Origin: Candidatus Rokuibacteriota bacterium
GTDB taxonomy: Bacteria; Methylomirabilota; Methylomirabilia; Rokubacteriales; DASRDR01
Direction: 5' to 3'
Assembly (NCBI GenBank): GCA_044866005.1
Contig: JBIOTN010000121.1
Coordinates: 1 to 10,569, forward strand
Length of the DNA stretch: 10,569 bases
Shown here: positions 6,435-10,569 of the stretch, piece after piece
Layout: the number at the start of each line of letters is the position of its first letter
Numbering within the stretch: position 1 is the first letter of the stretch
Made by a program: the position numbers and the translations under genes
The notes under the pieces: generated by a model
Told to the model about the DNA's origin: nothing
The model's input: only the letters and a program-made list of their open reading frames with translations
Database searches by the model: none

Positions 6435-7397
6435 TCAGCCGGCGAGGAGACGGGCCGGGCCCGTCTCCACCCACTCGAGAAGCGCGTCCGCCACGCGCTC
6501 CGGGGTGAGCGGCGCCCAGCCGGCCGCGGCGGCGAGCACGCGGACGGCGGCGCCGAGGGGCGCCCAGACGGCCGCGTCCGTCGGCCCGAAGAGGGCGAGC
6601 GTCGGACAGCCCACCGCGGCCGCCAGGTGGCTCGGGCCCGAATCGTTCCCGACGAAGGCCCGCGCCGCCTCGAGGAGCGCCGCCAGCCGGCGGAGCGGCC
6701 AGTCCACCGCCAGGCGGCCTTCGGGGAGGCGCGCCTCGGCGGCAATCCGCGGCGCCGTCGCGCTCTCGGCCGGGCCGGTCACGACGACGACGGGCTGCCC
6801 CGCCGCCTCCAGGCGACGAGCCAGCGGCGCGTAGTGCGGCCAGACCTTCGCCGGGCTGCCCGCGCCCGGATGGAGGACGACGGCCACGCCGCGGGCGAGT
6901 CCCCGCTCGGCGAGCCAGTCCGTCGCCCCGCGGCGCTCGGCCTCGCCCACGGAGAGCCGGACGGCCGGCAGCGTCGGCGGGAGCGGCCCGAGCGGGGCGA
7001 GCGTCTCGAGGAGGTGTCGGCTCGCGTGACGGGGGGACTCGCGCGGCGGGACGGCCCGTGCGACGACGACGCGGGGGCCGAGGCTCGCCAGGTGGGCGCG
7101 ATAGGTCGGGTCGTGGGCGCCGAACCACGAGACGACGACGTCGAAGGCGGCCAGCGTCGCGAGCGCCGCGCGATCCGGCTCCGCGACGAACAGGCGATGG
7201 AGTCCGAGATCGTCGAAGGACCGCGTCGCCTCGGCGTACGGGGAGCCGTCCAGGAGCGCCCGGGGCCCGGCGGTGGTGGCAGCCACCCGAACGCCGTCCG
7301 GCAAAAGCTGCCCGAGGTGGGCGAGCGCCGGGAGCGCGAGGAGCACGTCTCCGAGGGCGCCCGGGTGGATGACGAGGGAGCGCCGACCCGCGCTCAC
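6435..7397 (-). CDS. Glycosyltransferase family 9 (ADP-heptose:LPS heptosyltransferase-like, 320 aa)
   Basis: GTG at 7397 overlaps the PAP2 stop (GTGA); TGA at 6435-6437. GT9 motifs: LVIHPGALGDVLLALPAL, VVLHPGAGSPAKVWP, FVGNDSGPSHLAAAVGCPTLALFGPT. Confidence 0.92.
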   Translation of the reverse strand: MSAGRRSLVIHPGALGDVLLALPALAHLGQLLPDGVRVAATTAGPRALLDGSPYAEATRSFDDLGLHRLFVAEPDRAALATLAAFDVVVSWFGAHDPTYRAHLASLGPRVVVARAVPPRESPRHASRHLLETLAPLGPLPPTLPAVRLSVGEAERRGATDWLAERGLARGVAVVLHPGAGSPAKVWPHYAPLARRLEAAGQPVVVVTGPAESATAPRIAAEARLPEGRLAVDWPLRRLAALLEAARAFVGNDSGPSHLAAAVGCPTLALFGPTDAAVWAPLGAAVRVLAAAAGWAPLTPERVADALLEWVETGPARLLAG

Positions 7398-8176
7398 CGG
7401 CCGCCCCCTCGGGCGCCTTCGGCGCGGATGCCCGCCGCGACGGTCAGTCGCCGGAGCCCCGCGGCGCACCGGCTCGCCAGTCCGGCTCGACCGGCCGCGT
7501 CCGCCGGGGCGCCATCCGCGGCAAGGCTCACGCGATCGGCCATCCGCAGCGTGAGCTCGGTCGCCCACCAGCCGATCACCGCCCCGCCCAGGACGTCGGA
7601 GACGAAGTGCGCGTTCAGGACGACGCGCGAGGCGCCGACGGCGGCCGCCACGCCGAGCCACAGGCGACGGCGCGCGGGCACGGCGCAGGCGAGCGCCGCC
7701 GCCACGGCGAAGGCGGCGCTGGCATGCCCGGAGGGAAAGCTCTGGTGGAGCGAGTCGGTGAGACAGGGCCAGCGAAAGAACGCGCCGCCCGCGGCGAGCC
7801 CGGCGGCGCCGCTGCCCGGATCGCCGGCCACCCCCCAGCCGTCGACCAGTCGCGGTCGCGCGCGACAGGCGAGCTGCTTCACGGCGTGGCCGATGACGGT
7901 CCCGACCAGGACGCCGCCCAGACCCCCGAGGCTCGCCCGCACCAGCGCGCCGTCCCCCGTCTGGCGGCCCATGACGAGGAGCACGCCGAGGAGGCCGCTC
8001 GCCGCCCAGCCGGAGCCAAGAAGGGTGAAGCCGTTCGCGACCAGACGCAGGCCGTGCGAGTCGACGTACCGGAACGTGAGGCGGTGGACGAGCGGATCGA
8101 GCGGCATGGCGAAAAAAACGAGGAGCAGGCAGACGATCAGGCTACCCACGCCGGACACCCGCCCGAGCCGGAGCAT
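7394..8176 (-). CDS. PAP2 family membrane phosphatase (260 aa from ATG 8176)
   Basis: All three PAP2 motifs are present: KQLACRARP, SFPSGHAS, SRVVLNAHFVSDVLGG, plus several hydrophobic helices. ATG 8176 (MLRLGRVSG) is preferred over 8302 because a TTGACA promoter lies between them. Confidence 0.9.
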   Translation of the reverse strand: MLRLGRVSGVGSLIVCLLLVFFAMPLDPLVHRLTFRYVDSHGLRLVANGFTLLGSGWAASGLLGVLLVMGRQTGDGALVRASLGGLGGVLVGTVIGHAVKQLACRARPRLVDGWGVAGDPGSGAAGLAAGGAFFRWPCLTDSLHQSFPSGHASAAFAVAAALACAVPARRRLWLGVAAAVGASRVVLNAHFVSDVLGGAVIGWWATELTLRMADRVSLAADGAPADAAGRAGLASRCAAGLRRLTVAAGIRAEGARGGGR

Positions 8177-8181
8177 GGCTC

Positions 8182-8211
8182 TGACTAGCACCCGGCCGTC
8201 GAGGCTGTCAA
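8182..8211 (-). promoter_or_regulatory. Putative sigma70 promoter for the PAP2-GT9 unit, possibly giving a leaderless mRNA
   Basis: Minus strand TTGACA (8211-8206), 18-nt spacer ending TGC, TAGTCA (8187-8182), then 5 nt to ATG 8176. The -10 box is imperfect and there is no SD. Confidence 0.5.
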
Positions 8212-8292
8212 GCGGCGGCGCCCGGCAAGCCGTGGCGCGCCCGTCGTCGACGGCCCATCCGGCCTCGCCGGGGGCACCTCGCCGGCGGCCAC

Positions 8293-8322
8293 TTGACCGC
8301 ATCCCTACCCCTGTCCTACACT
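8293..8322 (+). promoter_or_regulatory. Putative sigma70 promoter for the S8 protease
   Basis: TTGACC (8293-8298), 18-nt spacer, TACACT (8317-8322), about 87 nt upstream of ATG 8410. Confidence 0.6.
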
Positions 8323-8329
8323 TTGCGGT

Positions 8330-8352
8330 CCCCTAAGGGATGCCCCCTAAGG
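8330..8352 (+). repeat. Direct repeat CCCCTAAGG x2, candidate operator or tandem hairpins
   Basis: CCCCTAAGG at 8330-8338 and 8344-8352 (14-nt period), immediately downstream of the predicted -10 box. Confidence 0.55.
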
Positions 8353-8409
8353 CAAATGGGACGGGCCGTCCGGTGAACCGTCCTCGGGTCGGGAGGAGCG
8401 CGGAGCGTC

Positions 8410-10569
8410 ATGAGGCGCACCCTGGTCGCAGGCTTCGCCCTCTCCCTCTTCTGGAGCACCGTCGGGTGGGCCGGCACGGTCCATCCCGGGCTGGAGCGCG
8501 CGCTCCACGCCGTCCCACCGGGCGGGATGATCTCGGTCATCGTGGAGATGACCGACCAGGCCGACCCCGCGGCCGCGGCCGGCGCGGCGGCCGGCCGGTC
8601 GCGTAGCGCCCGGGCTCGGGCAGTCGTCAGCGCCCTCCAGGGGGCCGCCGCCGGGACCCAGGGACCGGTCCGGGGTCTGCTGGCGCAGGAGCAGGCCCAG
8701 GGCCGCGTGCAGCGCGTGGTCCCGCTCTGGGTCGTGAACGGCCTGGCGATCACGGCCAGCGAGTCCGTCATCCGGCGCCTGGCGGCCCGGCCCGACGTCC
8801 GCGAGATCCGCCTCGACGCCACCATCGCGCTGCCCGCGCCCAGGCCGACCAGTGCCACGCCCGCGACGGCCGAGGGCGAGTGGAACGTCGCGCGGATCCG
8901 CGCCCCCGAGGTCTGGGCGCTCGCCCCCGGCTACACGGGCGTGGGCAGCGTCGTCGGCAGCTTCGATAGCGGCGTGGATGCGACCCACCCGGATCTGGGA
9001 CCGCGGTACCGGGGGAACGACGCGATCAGCTGGTTCGATCCCTACGGCGAGCACGCGAGCCCGTTCGATTCGGACGGTCACGGCACGCACACGACAGGGA
9101 CGGCGGTCGGCGGGGACGCGGGCGGGACCAGCATCGGCGTCGCGCCCGGCGCGCGCTGGATCGCGGCGAAGGCCTGGAACGACCTGGGCCTCGGCTTCGT
9201 GTCGGCCTTCCACCAGATCTTCGAATGGTTCCTGGCGCCGGGCGGTGATCCCGCGAACGCCCCCGACGTCGTGAACATGTCGTGGGGGTTCAGCGAGGAC
9301 GGTTGCATCACCGAGTTCCTGCCCGACGTCAGCGCCTTCCGCGCGGCGGGGATCTTCCCTGCCTTTGCCGCGGGCAACGAGGGACCGGCCCCGGAGAGCG
9401 TCCGGAGCCCGGGCGCCTACGCCGAGTCCTTCGCGGTCGGCGCGACCGATTTCTTCGACGAGGTCACCTTCTTCAGCGGCGAAGGGCCGTCGCCCTGCGA
9501 CGGGGGCGTCAAGCCGAACGTGAGCGCGCCCGGCGACGGGGTGACCTCCGCCTTCCCCGGCGGGGGCTACGCGACCTTCAGCGGGACGTCCATGGCGACC
9601 CCGCACGTGACGGGCGCGGTGGCCGTGCTCCGCTCCATCGATCCGGACATCACGGTCGACGCGCTCGAGTCCGTCCTGGCCACGGGCGCCCTCGACCTCG
9701 GCGAGCCCGGGCCGGACTACGGCTTCGGGGCAGGCCGCCTGGACCTCTTCCAGTCCGCGCAACTGGCCCTGGCCGGTCCGGACACGCCCATCGTGACGAT
9801 CGTCGCCACCACGCCCACCGCCAGCGAGGCCGGGCCGACGGTCGGCCTCTTCACCGTCAGCCGGACCGGCAGCACGGAGGCCGACCTGTCCGTCTCGTAC
9901 GCCGTGACCGGCACCGCCACGCCGGGGAGCGATTACGTCCCGCTGTCCGGCCAGGTCACGATTCCGGCCGGGTCGGCGACGGTGACCCTGGCCGTGACGC
10001 CGGTCGACGACACTCTCGCCGAGTTCGCGGAGACCGTCGTCGTCACGCTCGGCCCGGATCCAGGCTACATCGTGGGTCGCCCGAGCAGCGCGACGGTCAC
10101 GATCCTGAGCGACGAGCTGCTCGGCGACCTGATCGTGTCTGCCGTCTCGGCGCCCTCCACCGCCGGCGCCGGCGGCACCATCGCGGTGACCGACACCACC
10201 CGGAACCAGGGCGCCGGGCCGGCCGACGCGTCGACCACGCGCTTCTATCTCTCGTCGAACGGCGCGCTCGACGCCGGCGACGTCGAGCTCGGCCTCCGCG
10301 CCGTCCCGGGCCTCGCCGCCGGCGCGAGCCACACGGCCTCGACGACCCTGACGATTCCTCTCGGGACGCCGGCCGGGAGTCACTACCTGTTCGCCAGGGC
10401 GGACGCCGACGGCGCCATCCCGGAGAGCCAGGAGACCAACAACCTCGCGTTCGCCCTTGTCCAGATCGGTCCCGATCTGGTCGTCAGCGCCGTCTCGGCG
10501 CCCGGGACGGCCGGTGCCGGGGGAACCGTCACCGTCACGGATACCGCCCGGAACCAGGGCGGCGGAGCA
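8410..10569 (+). CDS. Secreted S8 (subtilisin / bacillopeptidase F-like) serine protease with propeptide, Calx-beta domain and CARDB-like repeats; 3' truncated by the window
   Basis: Translated by hand; open for 720 codons to the window end. GGAG/GGAGG lies upstream. Signal peptide MRRTLVAGFALSLFWSTVGWA; I9-like propeptide (VIVEM...LWVVNGLAI...LAARPDV). Catalytic Asp in FDSGV (8965), His in HGTHTTG (9079), oxyanion Asn in AAGN (9376), Ser in GTSMATPHV (9589). Calx-beta-like domain at about 9787-10110, then CARDB-like domains. Confidence 0.95.
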   Translation, partial: MRRTLVAGFALSLFWSTVGWAGTVHPGLERALHAVPPGGMISVIVEMTDQADPAAAAGAAAGRSRSARARAVVSALQGAAAGTQGPVRGLLAQEQAQGRVQRVVPLWVVNGLAITASESVIRRLAARPDVREIRLDATIALPAPRPTSATPATAEGEWNVARIRAPEVWALAPGYTGVGSVVGSFDSGVDATHPDLGPRYRGNDAISWFDPYGEHASPFDSDGHGTHTTGTAVGGDAGGTSIGVAPGARWIAAKAWNDLGLGFVSAFHQIFEWFLAPGGDPANAPDVVNMSWGFSEDGCITEFLPDVSAFRAAGIFPAFAAGNEGPAPESVRSPGAYAESFAVGATDFFDEVTFFSGEGPSPCDGGVKPNVSAPGDGVTSAFPGGGYATFSGTSMATPHVTGAVAVLRSIDPDITVDALESVLATGALDLGEPGPDYGFGAGRLDLFQSAQLALAGPDTPIVTIVATTPTASEAGPTVGLFTVSRTGSTEADLSVSYAVTGTATPGSDYVPLSGQVTIPAGSATVTLAVTPVDDTLAEFAETVVVTLGPDPGYIVGRPSSATVTILSDELLGDLIVSAVSAPSTAGAGGTIAVTDTTRNQGAGPADASTTRFYLSSNGALDAGDVELGLRAVPGLAAGASHTASTTLTIPLGTPAGSHYLFARADADGAIPESQETNNLAFALVQIGPDLVVSAVSAPGTAGAGGTVTVTDTARNQGGGA
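10126..10569 (+). repeat. Tandem CARDB-like (Ig-fold) coding repeats, 348-nt / 116-aa period
   Basis: DLIVSAVSAPSTAGAGGTIAVTDTTRNQGAG starts at 10126 and DLVVSAVSAPGTAGAGGTVTVTDTARNQGGG starts at 10474. Unit 1 ends with the CARDB-type ADADGAIPESQETNN. Confidence 0.85.

Noticed and set aside
5141..7661. Track ORFs 5141..6745, 6088..7128 and 6435..7661 as single long proteins
   Set aside because: Only their C-terminal portions look like real proteins. The upstream parts overlap other genes in different frames.
8218..8275. Long imperfect hairpin centred on CCGTC-GTC-GACGG in the divergent intergenic spacer
   Set aside because: Heavily interrupted and plausible by chance at this GC level. It has no U-tract and is not at a gene 3' end.
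269..8336. Long plus-strand ORFs (269..1315, 1045..3312, 3086..4321, 4129..5124, 5018..5953, 6019..6834, 6627..8336 and others)
   Set aside because: Antisense shadows of well-supported minus-strand genes. Stop codons are scarce at this GC content, and these ORFs show no recognisable motifs.
8350..8395. Resemblance to a c-di-GMP-I riboswitch (GGCAAA ... GGGACG)
   Set aside because: The two motifs are only 1 nt apart. The P2 stem with its GNRA loop and the following GCAAAG are missing.
8316..10383. Minus-strand ORFs 8347..10383, 8316..8858, 9078..9377, 9717..9920 and plus-strand 8340..8606, 8852..9274
   Set aside because: Shadow or off-frame readings of the S8 protease gene, whose own frame carries all the catalytic motifs.
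1..10569. CRISPR array, tRNA/rRNA, transposase/integrase, selenocysteine recoding in the Mo enzyme, intrinsic terminators
   Set aside because: No spaced repeats, RNA-gene signatures or recombinase motifs were seen. The Mo-ligand codon is TGC with no in-frame TGA. No hairpin followed by a U-tract occurs after any stop codon.

Overview
Very GC-rich bacterial DNA (roughly three-quarters G+C by eye). The GC level, the LPS-type genes and the LLM/molybdoenzyme content would fit Rokubacteria/Methylomirabilota, but that is only an inference. Positions 2-8176 hold nine co-oriented minus-strand genes. In transcription order they are: PAP2 phosphatase, GT9 heptosyltransferase-like protein, small alpha/beta-barrel protein, an internally deleted and frameshifted SPFH/band-7 remnant, TfoX-N-like protein, luciferase-like (LLM) oxidoreductase, VOC/glyoxalase-like protein, stand-alone molybdopterin oxidoreductase, and a RimK-like ATP-grasp protein with its own sigma70-like promoter. 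A divergent plus-strand gene from 8410 runs off the window and is missing from the ORF track. It encodes a secreted S8 protease with a Calx-beta domain and tandem CARDB-like repeats. Most long ORFs in the track are GC-bias shadow frames or have over-extended starts. I see no CRISPR, RNA gene, transposase or clear-cut novel system. The best leads are a G/C-homopolymer palindromic element that supplies the LLM C-terminus and stop codon, the multiply deleted SPFH gene, candidate operators at two promoters, and the uncharacterised LLM-VOC-Mo enzyme-ATP-grasp redox cluster.
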